A stretch of 64,000 nucleotides of DNA from an uncultured Bacteroidaceae bacterium. Lineage in GTDB: Bacteria; Bacteroidota; Bacteroidia; Bacteroidales; GCA-2748055. Where the stretch lies: positions 5,997 through 69,996 of the forward strand of contig CAZGKF010000003.1 in the NCBI GenBank assembly GCA_964526475.1, read 5' to 3'. Both the position numbers and the translations under genes were made by a program. The notes under the pieces are model-generated. The model searched no databases, was not told where the DNA came from, and saw only the letters and a list, made by a program, of their open reading frames with translations. This document shows, piece by piece, positions 29,300 through 39,993 of the stretch. Positions within the stretch are counted from its first letter, which is position 1; every line of letters starts with the position of its first letter.

Positions 29300-30110
29300 A
29301 CTCAAGGACAAGAAAAAGATTGTTATAAAGGTTGGGACAAGTACCCTTTCCCATCCAAACGGAAAGCTAAATCTGCTGCGGATTGAGAAGCTCGTCAGGG
29401 TATTAGCCGATCTTCATAACGACAATAAGCATATTATTCTTGTATCCAGCGGAGCGATTGCAACCGGTGCAGCAAAAATGGGTATAAGCAAAAAACCTGA
29501 TGATATGATTAAGAAGCAGGCTCTTGCAGCAATCGGGCAGGCTGAGCTTATAAAGATTTATGATAAGTTTTTCGAAGAGTACAATAAAACCTGTGCTCAG
29601 ATACTTGTTACTAAAGACGGTATTATCAATTCTGTCAGAAGACATAATGCTAAAAACACTATAAACGAATTACTAAATATGGGGATTATTCCTGTCATTA
29701 ATGAGAATGATACCGTATCCACACATGAGATAGAGTTTGGGGATAATGATACATTATCAGCAGCTGTCGCAACGCTTGTTAATGCCGATCTGCTGATAAT
29801 ATTATCCGATATTGACGGGATGTATACCTCCGATCCGCGTCTGAATAATAATGCCGTTCTGATAAAAAAAGTAATAACTTTTGATGAGATCCTGGACTCC
29901 TATGTCAGTGGAACAGGTTCAATATTTGGAACCGGTGGTATGTCATCGAAAATAATTGCAGCTAAACACTGCATGGAACATAATATTGATATGGTTATTA
30001 CAAACGGGGAGGAGCCTTCCATTATCTTTGACTTACTTAGTGGAAAGGAAGTTGGAACTCTTTTTGTTTCTAAAGAAAATCGTTTTATTAAAGAAAATAT
30101 TACAATATAA
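29283..30110 (+). CDS. proB: Glutamate 5-kinase (no PUA domain)
   Basis: VIKVGTSTL, VSSGAI..G, KQALAAIGQ, INENDTV, FGDNDTLSA, GTGGMSSK. Confidence 0.96.
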   Translation: MQHRSKLKDKKKIVIKVGTSTLSHPNGKLNLLRIEKLVRVLADLHNDNKHIILVSSGAIATGAAKMGISKKPDDMIKKQALAAIGQAELIKIYDKFFEEYNKTCAQILVTKDGIINSVRRHNAKNTINELLNMGIIPVINENDTVSTHEIEFGDNDTLSAAVATLVNADLLIILSDIDGMYTSDPRLNNNAVLIKKVITFDEILDSYVSGTGSIFGTGGMSSKIIAAKHCMEHNIDMVITNGEEPSIIFDLLSGKEVGTLFVSKENRFIKENITI

Positions 30111-30120
30111 ATTCTCAGAA

Positions 30121-31365
30121 ATGGAAGAATTAACAGATAAGGGAAAAAAAGCCAAAGCGGTTTGTATTGATCTGTTACGTGCATCATCTGCTCAAAAGGA
30201 CAAAGTGCTTGTTACAGCTGCCGGTATGCTTAAAGCAAATAAAGTGTATATACTTCAGGAGAATGAGAAAGATGTAAAAGCAGCAACTGAATCGGGTATA
30301 AAAGGAGCTTTAATTGACAGGCTTACCCTCACGGAATCGAGAATTGACAGTATAGCGGAAGGACTGCAACAAATTGCAGCCCTGGAAGATCCTATCGGAG
30401 AAATTCCAGGTATGTGGAAACGTCCCAATGGTTTAATTATTGGGAAAAAGAGGGTTCCCCTGGGCGTTATTGGAATCATTTATGAAGCCCGGCCAAATGT
30501 AACTGCCGATGTGTTCGGGTTATGTATAAAAACCGGAAATGCAGTTATCCTTAGAGGGGGGAAAGAAGCATTCAATTCAAACAAAGCTATTGTAAAAGTA
30601 TTACGGCAATCACTCGATGAATGCGGTCTTCCTGCCGATGCACTTCAGCTGGTTGAAGATACCAGCAGGGAAAGTGCACTGGTTATGATGAAAATGAACG
30701 ATTACCTCGATATTCTAATTCCACGCGGCGGTGCCGGACTTATTAATTCAGTAGTTGAAAACAGTACCGTTCCGGTTATTGAAACAGGTGTTGGAAATTG
30801 TCATATTTACATAGATTCTACGGCTCTTCCGGAAATGGCAAGAGATATAACAGTAAATGCAAAGACTCAGCGACCCGGGGTATGTAACGCAGCAGAAAGC
30901 TTACTCGTTCATAAATCAGTGGCAGGAACTATTTTACCATTGATTTGCAATGCATTGAAAGAAAAAAATGTGGAAGTAAGGGGAGATGAAATGGTTTGTT
31001 CCCTGATTGATCATGCCGTTCCTGCTACAGAAAATGATTTTTTCACTGAGTTTCTTGATCTCACCATCTCTGTGAAGGTTGTTGCGGATCTGGAAGAGGC
31101 AATTGCTCATATCAATAAATACGGATCAAGGCACTCAGAGGCCATTGTAACCGAGAGCTATTCAAATTCACAGAAATTTCTTGAAGAGGTTGATGCAGCA
31201 GCTGTTTATGTAAATGCCAGTACACGGTTTACCGATGGTTTTGAATTTGGATTTGGCGCCGAAATCGGTATCAGTACTCAGAAACTACATGCCAGGGGGC
31301 CCATGGGATTAAGAGAACTTACCACAACCAAATATCTTGTATATGGAAGTGGTCAGATAAGATAA
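30121..31365 (+). CDS. proA: Gamma-glutamyl phosphate reductase
   Basis: RVPLGVIGIIYEARPNV, VCNAAE, NASTRFTDG.EFG.GAEIGISTQKLHARGPMGL; ATG at 30121. Confidence 0.97.
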   Translation: MEELTDKGKKAKAVCIDLLRASSAQKDKVLVTAAGMLKANKVYILQENEKDVKAATESGIKGALIDRLTLTESRIDSIAEGLQQIAALEDPIGEIPGMWKRPNGLIIGKKRVPLGVIGIIYEARPNVTADVFGLCIKTGNAVILRGGKEAFNSNKAIVKVLRQSLDECGLPADALQLVEDTSRESALVMMKMNDYLDILIPRGGAGLINSVVENSTVPVIETGVGNCHIYIDSTALPEMARDITVNAKTQRPGVCNAAESLLVHKSVAGTILPLICNALKEKNVEVRGDEMVCSLIDHAVPATENDFFTEFLDLTISVKVVADLEEAIAHINKYGSRHSEAIVTESYSNSQKFLEEVDAAAVYVNASTRFTDGFEFGFGAEIGISTQKLHARGPMGLRELTTTKYLVYGSGQIR

Positions 31366-31424
31366 ATGCCCTCAGAGTAATAAAATGGCTTATCGGATAT
31401 GCCGGATATTAGCTGCGAAAATTT

Positions 31425-31994
31425 TTACCAGCTTTTTCGGTTATTGCCATCGAGATAATATACTACTCCAATTGAAATAACCATTTGACTGAATTCTCCG
31501 GCAATATATTTCCCTGTAAGCACTCCATCAAATGATTTATTTATATACATCTTCACCCCTGCTCCAATATTCAATCCGGGTTTTATTGCAGATGCATTAT
31601 CAATAGTATTTTGTCCAACATTTTCCAGTAATTTATATCTTGATATTATTGTTGTTGCATTAAGCCCTGCCAGGCAGAATACAACCAACTGATTATCCTT
31701 AATTATCCCATACTGTCCGTCAATATTAAAATGAAACATATAGCTGTTCAGGCTGTAGTATGCATCCCCTTTATTAAAGCGATTAAAAACAGTTAAATCC
31801 GGACTTAAATAAAACCTGTTATTTATCTTGTAATATGCTTTCAACAATATCCCCGGATTACCTGTTGAGCCATAATTATAATCAACACCAGAAGAAAATG
31901 CCAATCCTCCTCCCAAACGGTTAAACTGTGAAAGGCAACAAAATGGGAAAAAGACAATGAACAGGATAATAAGGCAGTTATGTTTGAAATTCAT
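31425..31994 (-). CDS. Small outer-membrane beta-barrel protein
   Basis: Signal peptide; alternating strand patterns (GGGLAF, GLNIGAG, IGVVYYL). Confidence 0.7.
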   Translation of the reverse strand: MNFKHNCLIILFIVFFPFCCLSQFNRLGGGLAFSSGVDYNYGSTGNPGILLKAYYKINNRFYLSPDLTVFNRFNKGDAYYSLNSYMFHFNIDGQYGIIKDNQLVVFCLAGLNATTIISRYKLLENVGQNTIDNASAIKPGLNIGAGVKMYINKSFDGVLTGKYIAGEFSQMVISIGVVYYLDGNNRKSW

Positions 31995-32206
31995 TTTCGA
32001 ATAGATTTGAGTAGTTGGCAAATGTAAAAAAGCTATTTATTTTTTATGTTAATTCAGGAAAAAAATAATGTGATTTTTTTCTTTATTTCTTCGATTTTTG
32101 ACATTATCTTGTTGTTGTTTATTACTTTTATAACATAATATTTCCCGTTTATCAAAAAATATTAAATTTGCGGGTTTACAGAATTGTTTTATTTAATCTT
32201 AGCTAA

Positions 32207-33718
<1,512 letters not shown>

Positions 33719-33737
33719 AAAATAATATACTTTTTTT

Positions 33738-33980
33738 ATGTTTCTTGAAATTATTACACCGGATAAGAAATTGTTCTCAGGAGAAGTCGATCTTATTAAA
33801 GTTCCCGGTACCAAAGGTTCATTTGAGATACTAAAAAACCATGCACCCATAATATCAACTCTTGAGGCCGGCAATGTTAAAGTTGTCAGTGATAAAGGTG
33901 GTACAGAATTTTTCCGGATTAATGGAGGGGTTATTGAGGTAAAGCACAATAAAATAGTAATTCTTGCAGAAAAAATTTAA
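33738..33980 (+). CDS. atpC: ATP synthase F1 subunit epsilon (short form)
   Basis: LEIITPDK, G.F.ILKNHAPIISTL, GG.IEV; no C-terminal helices. Confidence 0.95.
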   Translation: MFLEIITPDKKLFSGEVDLIKVPGTKGSFEILKNHAPIISTLEAGNVKVVSDKGGTEFFRINGGVIEVKHNKIVILAEKI

Positions 33981-34737
33981 TTTAAAAGGTCTTTTTATAG
34001 AACACCGGAAAACATTATTAATTCTATTAATTATCATTCCGGTGCACTATTCTTTTCAGGTCGTCAGAAAAACAAAGGTGAACTTTCAGGCTGAGGATGG
34101 TCTCGTTATTACCGCAGATCAATACTATTCAAAAAAATCAAATCCATATATCATTCTTTTTCATCAGGAAGGAGCCAGCCGGGGTGAATTTGAACCTATT
34201 GCTGAAAGATTTCTGAGAATGAACTATAACTGTCTGGCTGTTGATCTTAGATCAGGAGATAAATACGGGTTTACAACTAATGAGACAACAAAACTTGCAA
34301 GAGAAAAAGGGTTCAATACCAGGTTATATGAGTCATTAAAAGATATAAAAGCGGCTATTGCATATGTGCAGGAAATCAGTGAAGAACCCATAATTCTTCT
34401 GGGAAGTTCTTATTCTTCTTCTCTTTCTTTATTTGCAGCCGGTGAATTTCCTGAGGTAAAAGCGGTTATTACCTTTAGCCCCGGTGAATTTTTTCTCCCT
34501 GAAACCTCATTACAATCTGTTTTAAAGGATTTCAACAAGCCAGTTTTTGCAGGTTGCTCAACTGAAGAATATCCGTATGTAGCTGAGATGTTCCAAAATA
34601 GTGATAATCAAAATTATATTATTTTCAAACCTTCTTACGGCCAGGGAAAAAGAACAGCTGAAGCACTGCTGCCGGGTAATGAAACAAGTGATGAATATTG
34701 GCTTGCATTGCTGATATTTATCAGAAGTATACGCTAA
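33964..34737 (+). CDS. Alpha/beta hydrolase (dienelactone-hydrolase-like)
   Basis: F.AEDG..ITAD.Y, LFHQ...SRGE, LAVDLRSG, GSSYS nucleophile elbow, FSPGE. Confidence 0.8.
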   Translation: MQKKFNLKGLFIEHRKTLLILLIIIPVHYSFQVVRKTKVNFQAEDGLVITADQYYSKKSNPYIILFHQEGASRGEFEPIAERFLRMNYNCLAVDLRSGDKYGFTTNETTKLAREKGFNTRLYESLKDIKAAIAYVQEISEEPIILLGSSYSSSLSLFAAGEFPEVKAVITFSPGEFFLPETSLQSVLKDFNKPVFAGCSTEEYPYVAEMFQNSDNQNYIIFKPSYGQGKRTAEALLPGNETSDEYWLALLIFIRSIR

Positions 34738-34755
34738 AATTATTTCTGTATAAAA

Positions 34756-35727
34756 GTGGTGAAATTTCTCGTTATCAGGCTAAGTTCAATTGGTGATATT
34801 GTTCTCACCTCCCCATTGCTACGCTGCCTGAAAAAACAAGTCCCAAATTCAGAAATTCATTTTCTTGTTAAAAAAAGATATGAAGAAGTAATCGCTTATA
34901 ATCCCTATATCGACAATATCTGGTTTTATCAGAACAATATGGGGAAGCTTATTAAAGACCTCAGGAAAGAGCATTTTGACTATATAATAGATCTTCACCA
35001 CAACTTACGAACATTTCGTATTAAAACCCGGTTGAGAATACTTTCGTTCTCTTTCAATAAACTCAACTTCGAAAAATGGCTAATGGTGAATTTCAAAATC
35101 AACAGGCTGCCGGAAAATCATATTGTGGAAAGATACCTTGATACTTTAAAATTATTTGATATAAAAGATGATGGAGAAGGTCTGGATTATTTTACATGTC
35201 CTGAAGATGAATTATTCCCTGAAGAGACAGCTTCCCTGATCTCGAAAAAGTTTGTAGCTCTATGCATTGGAGCACAGCATTTCACTAAGAAAATGCCACC
35301 TGAAATGCTTGCCATGATATGTAACAGGTCATCTAAACCGGTAATTATACTTGGTGGCAAAGAAGATGAGTCCTCCGCTGAATTGATTTGCTCTATTTCA
35401 AAAAATAAAAATATTACTAATCTGGCCGGCAAAATACGTATTAACCAGTCGGCCATAGTCATTAAAAAATCAACTGTAGTTGTTACACATGATACAGGGA
35501 TGATGCATATTGCAGCAGCATACAAAAAAAAGGTTCTCTCCATCTGGGGAAATACCATTCCTGAATTCGGGATGTATCCCTTCCGACCGGGGAATGGTTC
35601 TGAAATTTTTGAAGTTAAAGGTCTGCCCTGTCGCCCCTGTTCAAAAATAGGATTCCGGAAATGCCCGAAATCTCATTTTAAATGTATGAGGGATCAGGAT
35701 ATTGAGAAAATAACTGCAATCTTATAA
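34756..35727 (+). CDS. Glycosyltransferase family 9 (heptosyltransferase-like)
   Basis: IRLSSIGDIVL, DLH, HDTGMMHIAAA, CRPCSKIG..CP..HF.CM. Confidence 0.92.
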   Translation: MVKFLVIRLSSIGDIVLTSPLLRCLKKQVPNSEIHFLVKKRYEEVIAYNPYIDNIWFYQNNMGKLIKDLRKEHFDYIIDLHHNLRTFRIKTRLRILSFSFNKLNFEKWLMVNFKINRLPENHIVERYLDTLKLFDIKDDGEGLDYFTCPEDELFPEETASLISKKFVALCIGAQHFTKKMPPEMLAMICNRSSKPVIILGGKEDESSAELICSISKNKNITNLAGKIRINQSAIVIKKSTVVVTHDTGMMHIAAAYKKKVLSIWGNTIPEFGMYPFRPGNGSEIFEVKGLPCRPCSKIGFRKCPKSHFKCMRDQDIEKITAIL

Positions 35728-35773
35728 ATAAGCTGATACATTATTCAAAATTAGTTATCTCCTGCTAAATAAG

Positions 35774-36556
35774 CTATTGCGCTACAAAGGAATATATTAT
35801 CTTCCCCCTGTGACTTTTGGGAGCATTTATATTCCTCGAAAATCTGGAAAGTATTGCATATTTTACAGCCGCCTCAGCCAGACAATTACCATCTATTGCT
35901 GCACTTATAACAACTGGTTCTGCAGAAACAACATTTCCCGACTGGTCAACCAGAATATCAACCTCAACAATCCCGTCACCCTGACATTTATAAACAGGAG
36001 CCGGCATATGAATATTAAAACGATTATATGGCTCATCAAGAAATTTATAACTTATCAGTGTCGGACCATGATATTGCTTTTTATCTTCTTCCTTTTGCTG
36101 ATCCGGCAATTTTTCTTCTTCTGCAAGTACCTCTTCCAGCCTCTCAAGTTGTTTTCTTTCCTCCTCACTTCTGATCTCATCCAGTTGCTTTTCAACCTGC
36201 TCCACAAAATCCTGAGTACTAATCTGTTTTTCAAACTGTTCCGTTATATTCACGGCTTGGGTACTCGTCCTCATTGCCCTTTCAAGAATACGCTCGTAAA
36301 GTTCAAGTCTTGCCATTTCTTCAGGGCTCAATAATTGTTTTTCTGCCTCCGTCTTTGGTTCATAGGTAAAATCCAGAATAATGCCAAGCTCATTAATATT
36401 CCGGTAAGTATTTATTTTAAAAACGAGAAAGATTATCAGAACAGCGAGATGAAATATTATGGTAGTAAGGATTCCATTCTTATTTTCCCTTAAAAACCTT
36501 TTAAATGAAAAAGGCTTCCCGGCCAGCTCCTGTATTATTTTGTCTTCCTTTCTCAC
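35774..36556 (-). CDS. TonB-like energy transducer
   Basis: N-terminal TM with T...H motif, charged linker, C-terminal P.YKC..G.V.V.I.VD..G.V..A...GKI.Y.F. Confidence 0.75.
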   Translation of the reverse strand: MRKEDKIIQELAGKPFSFKRFLRENKNGILTTIIFHLAVLIIFLVFKINTYRNINELGIILDFTYEPKTEAEKQLLSPEEMARLELYERILERAMRTSTQAVNITEQFEKQISTQDFVEQVEKQLDEIRSEEERKQLERLEEVLAEEEKLPDQQKEEDKKQYHGPTLISYKFLDEPYNRFNIHMPAPVYKCQGDGIVEVDILVDQSGNVVSAEPVVISAAIDGNCLAEAAVKYAILSRFSRNINAPKSHRGKIIYSFVAQ

Positions 36557-36635
36557 AACATAATAACGTAAATACGCAAAAATAGTATCTTTAATTATAC
36601 AGGTGAAGGCTTCAACAGAAAAACATTAAAAACAA

Positions 36636-39521
36636 TTAAAAACTGTCAAGATTTATTCTGAAGATCCCTTCAAGTCTGACTTTTTGCTTTTCATGCAAAT
36701 AACTTATCCTTACTCCCTGTATCATAGGGAGAATTAATCTCAGAAGATGATATTCAAAATAAATCTCAGTTCCATATGAATAAAATGTTTTATCAGATAC
36801 TTCCCATTTATTATTAATAGACTCATACACATCTTTTCCTACTGAATAGTCTGCGAAAAGTGAAGCATAAACTCTTTTCAAATAGAATAAAGATCCTATT
36901 CTGAGATCAGGATAAGCTAAAGGAAAAATATAATCGGCTGTATATTTTCTTAATCCTATGCTTACAAGCTCTTCATATCCTCTTGGTAATCTAATCAGGT
37001 TGTTATACAAGAACTTTTCAACTTCCTGCTTCTGGAATTGAGCCTGTAGTTTCAATCCGTGATTTCTGAGGATCCCTGGGAAATAAATTGCAGAACTTAG
37101 TGAAGATATTGACCCGCGCTGTTCATCCTCAAAAGGGGAAGCTAAAACTCTTCCGTCAAGAATCACTCCCCATTTTGGCTGAAGATCCCTGAAAGCTTTT
37201 CTAAGGAAAGAATAGAAGTATAATCTGGGTTCAGTGTAGATAATTCCTTTTTTATATGCTGATTCAGTCTTGTAGTAGTAATAGTCTCCTGAATAGCTCC
37301 ATCTCATCATTGGCTGCACTCCGGTAATCATCTTTCCTGTTGTAAGGTTTAAAGGAATATAAGTTAACAGACTGTAGAACATTTTTTTTCTGAACATCAA
37401 AGGAGCCGGATCATCATTACTTTTAAATATTCCCGGATCACCTCCATAATCCGCCGATAACTTTATTACCGGATAAAATCCTTTATAGGTAAATGATGAG
37501 TGAAAATAATGATTATTGTCCTTATATTCATACCCAATATTTGTAAATGCAGTACTGAGTGTATTTTGCGATGTTAACGAGAAACCGGGATTAACCAGGT
37601 AATTATCCAGGCTGAGATTATTATAATCGAAATAAAATGGGAGCCAGCTATGAAACCTGAAAAGATGTGATAACCTGGAATATTTCTTTATTGCAGGATT
37701 AAAATTATCAGGGATGGGGGGAACATAATTTTCTCGCTTTGCATCAATACTGGTATTAAAAAAAGTTTGCTCATAAGCCTCAATATTCTGCAGATCAACT
37801 TTCACATTCCCAAAATCATCGAAACTTATCATTGATGGTTTATATCCATTTCCGGTATAAAGTGAAAAAACTAATTCATCAGCCTCAGCTGTGGCTGAAG
37901 GATAAAATGCACCAAACTCCGAAAACGTAAGTCTGAAAAGTTCCCTGTTTTTTAACTTCAACAGATAAATATCATCTAATCCTTCGAAATTCCCATGAAA
38001 AAAAATGTTATCACCTTTTGATGATAGATCATTGATATCAAAATATCCGGAATGAAAAATCACGGTCCAGGTATTCATCAAAATATCATATACAACAATA
38101 CTTTTGCCATTTTCATTTAAAGCTATCGCCGCAATAGAAGATGTTCCTTCTATCCACCCGGGTGATTGGAGAGATGAATTAGCCGGAGATGGAATCTTAA
38201 TAAATTCATCTCCGCTGTAAGAAGAGATCAGGACAAGATAATTTTCCCCCCGGGTTGTGGTTTCAATAACTGCAATAGTGTCTCCTGAAAAAGAAAATGC
38301 CGGTGAAATGTAACGTGTGTTATACGTTAAGGTGCGCAGGGTTTTCGTCTCAAAATTATATTCTTTAATTACTGAAAAACTACGGTTACTCCATCTGATA
38401 TCAGGTTGGTACTGATCCCATATAATTTTGTTTTGATATACCGAATACTTCCCTGAATTAAGTTGACCCGGAGTAAATAATTTCTCCTCACTTTCGTCAG
38501 GATATATCTTCACAAAATGCGGAATTATGTCAAGACCTGATTTTAATGCAATTATCTCCTGATTATTCTGAATAACAGGAAACTTATAACTTGAATACAC
38601 CTTCCCTTTTTTAACCAGTAACTTATAATCATCCATTCTACGTTTATTCGCGGAATTTTTCCAGTGATCCTGAATAAAATCCATTGTTTCATTATAGAAG
38701 CCATTTGTATAAAGACCTGTTTCCTTCTTTAGATATCTTGAAAGCGGTGATATCTGCCACGATTTTTTTCCCGTATAACTGAATGCATCTCCCCAGAAAT
38801 CATTTCCGTATTTATTATATCCAAAGGCAACCATTTGGAATCCATACCTGTAATAATCAGGAACAAAATCCCTGTAAGATCCCAGGTAAGATTTATCATA
38901 AGAGTAAGGGTGTTTTTGATCAGCAAGAATTGCTTTTATTTCTTTTTCAAAAGAAGGGAGTCTTCCTCTTCCGGTAAGTGTCAGATCTGTTTCAGCAAAA
39001 ACTGCATCCCCCTCAAGTAGCCAAAAAGGAGACATGGCTGCTGCTATTCCGTTTCCCTGATCCCCGAGAATAAAAGAAAGGGCACGGGTAAAGCCCTGAT
39101 TTAGTTTATCTACCTGCACCACGTGCCGCATCTCATGCGTGCTTAACTGGTAAAGTCTGTCACCCGGATACCCCACCGGATCGGGATATACGAATAATTC
39201 CATTCGTTTGGGAGCGAGACCTACAAAACCGTTTGAAACAACACTCTGATTGTGAATAACGACAGGTATCTTTCGGGGATTATGATTTAGTTGCGAAACA
39301 TTTTTCAAATAACTGTCTTCAAGATAAAATGATATTTTCCTTGCGCCTTCACTATAATCATCAGGAAAAATTATTTTGAAATTATCAGTATTCATCTGTC
39401 TCCACTTCACATATCCCGGATCCTGTCCATATTCAAAAAACTGAGGGAACAAATCCAGATATAGGAAACTGATTATTACCAGTAAAAACAATCTCTTGAT
39501 AAAAAACATAATTACAAACAA
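36636..39521 (-). CDS. Large outer-membrane protein: HExxH peptidase-like domain, TolB-like propeller, Omp85-like barrel
   Basis: Signal peptide; HEMRH..Q and W..EGDAV; propeller repeats (ISPAFSFSGD, FYPSAT); C-terminal barrel strands ending in F. Confidence 0.7.
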   Translation of the reverse strand: MFVIMFFIKRLFLLVIISFLYLDLFPQFFEYGQDPGYVKWRQMNTDNFKIIFPDDYSEGARKISFYLEDSYLKNVSQLNHNPRKIPVVIHNQSVVSNGFVGLAPKRMELFVYPDPVGYPGDRLYQLSTHEMRHVVQVDKLNQGFTRALSFILGDQGNGIAAAMSPFWLLEGDAVFAETDLTLTGRGRLPSFEKEIKAILADQKHPYSYDKSYLGSYRDFVPDYYRYGFQMVAFGYNKYGNDFWGDAFSYTGKKSWQISPLSRYLKKETGLYTNGFYNETMDFIQDHWKNSANKRRMDDYKLLVKKGKVYSSYKFPVIQNNQEIIALKSGLDIIPHFVKIYPDESEEKLFTPGQLNSGKYSVYQNKIIWDQYQPDIRWSNRSFSVIKEYNFETKTLRTLTYNTRYISPAFSFSGDTIAVIETTTRGENYLVLISSYSGDEFIKIPSPANSSLQSPGWIEGTSSIAAIALNENGKSIVVYDILMNTWTVIFHSGYFDINDLSSKGDNIFFHGNFEGLDDIYLLKLKNRELFRLTFSEFGAFYPSATAEADELVFSLYTGNGYKPSMISFDDFGNVKVDLQNIEAYEQTFFNTSIDAKRENYVPPIPDNFNPAIKKYSRLSHLFRFHSWLPFYFDYNNLSLDNYLVNPGFSLTSQNTLSTAFTNIGYEYKDNNHYFHSSFTYKGFYPVIKLSADYGGDPGIFKSNDDPAPLMFRKKMFYSLLTYIPLNLTTGKMITGVQPMMRWSYSGDYYYYKTESAYKKGIIYTEPRLYFYSFLRKAFRDLQPKWGVILDGRVLASPFEDEQRGSISSLSSAIYFPGILRNHGLKLQAQFQKQEVEKFLYNNLIRLPRGYEELVSIGLRKYTADYIFPLAYPDLRIGSLFYLKRVYASLFADYSVGKDVYESINNKWEVSDKTFYSYGTEIYFEYHLLRLILPMIQGVRISYLHEKQKVRLEGIFRINLDSF

Positions 39522-39575
39522 AGAATGGTTTCAATAATAAGCAAAATTCAGCCCAAATTGTTTAATCTTATACTT

Positions 39576-39944
39576 TTACTTCACTTTATATCCATTAGAT
39601 TTTAAGTATCCTGTTACCTTTTCCATCTGATCACCCTGAATGAGTATCTCTCCCTCTTTAGATGAGCCACCGGTGCCACAATATTTTTTTAACTTCTTTT
39701 CAAGTTCATGAAGATCTTCCTCCATTCCGGAAAAACCCGAGATAATGGTAACTGTCTTACCTTTCCGGTTTTTTCTTTCTATGTGCACCCTGAGATTTTG
39801 CAATTCGGGAGGTAAAGTTTTCTTCATATCGTCCCTTCCATCATTAAAAACAAACCCGGGATTTGTTGAATACACAATCTCTCCGAAATTATTTTTGATA
39901 TCATATTTCTTTTTCATAGCATTGAAATCCTTTTTATTATCCAA
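39576..39944 (-). CDS. SUI1/YciH-family translation initiation factor
   Basis: VYSTNP, RKGKTVT.I.GF, LKKYCGTGGSSKEGEILIQGD. Confidence 0.92.
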   Translation of the reverse strand: MDNKKDFNAMKKKYDIKNNFGEIVYSTNPGFVFNDGRDDMKKTLPPELQNLRVHIERKNRKGKTVTIISGFSGMEEDLHELEKKLKKYCGTGGSSKEGEILIQGDQMEKVTGYLKSNGYKVK

Positions 39945-39993
39945 AATAAAGTATTTTCATGGGATATTTTTGCATAAATCTTAAATTACCTTC

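Noticed and set aside
29956-30120. N-terminal extension of ProA (similar extensions on AtpA, the SiaC-like and PP2C ORFs)
   Set aside because: These are ORF-caller artefacts overlapping upstream genes; downstream ATGs match the family N-termini.
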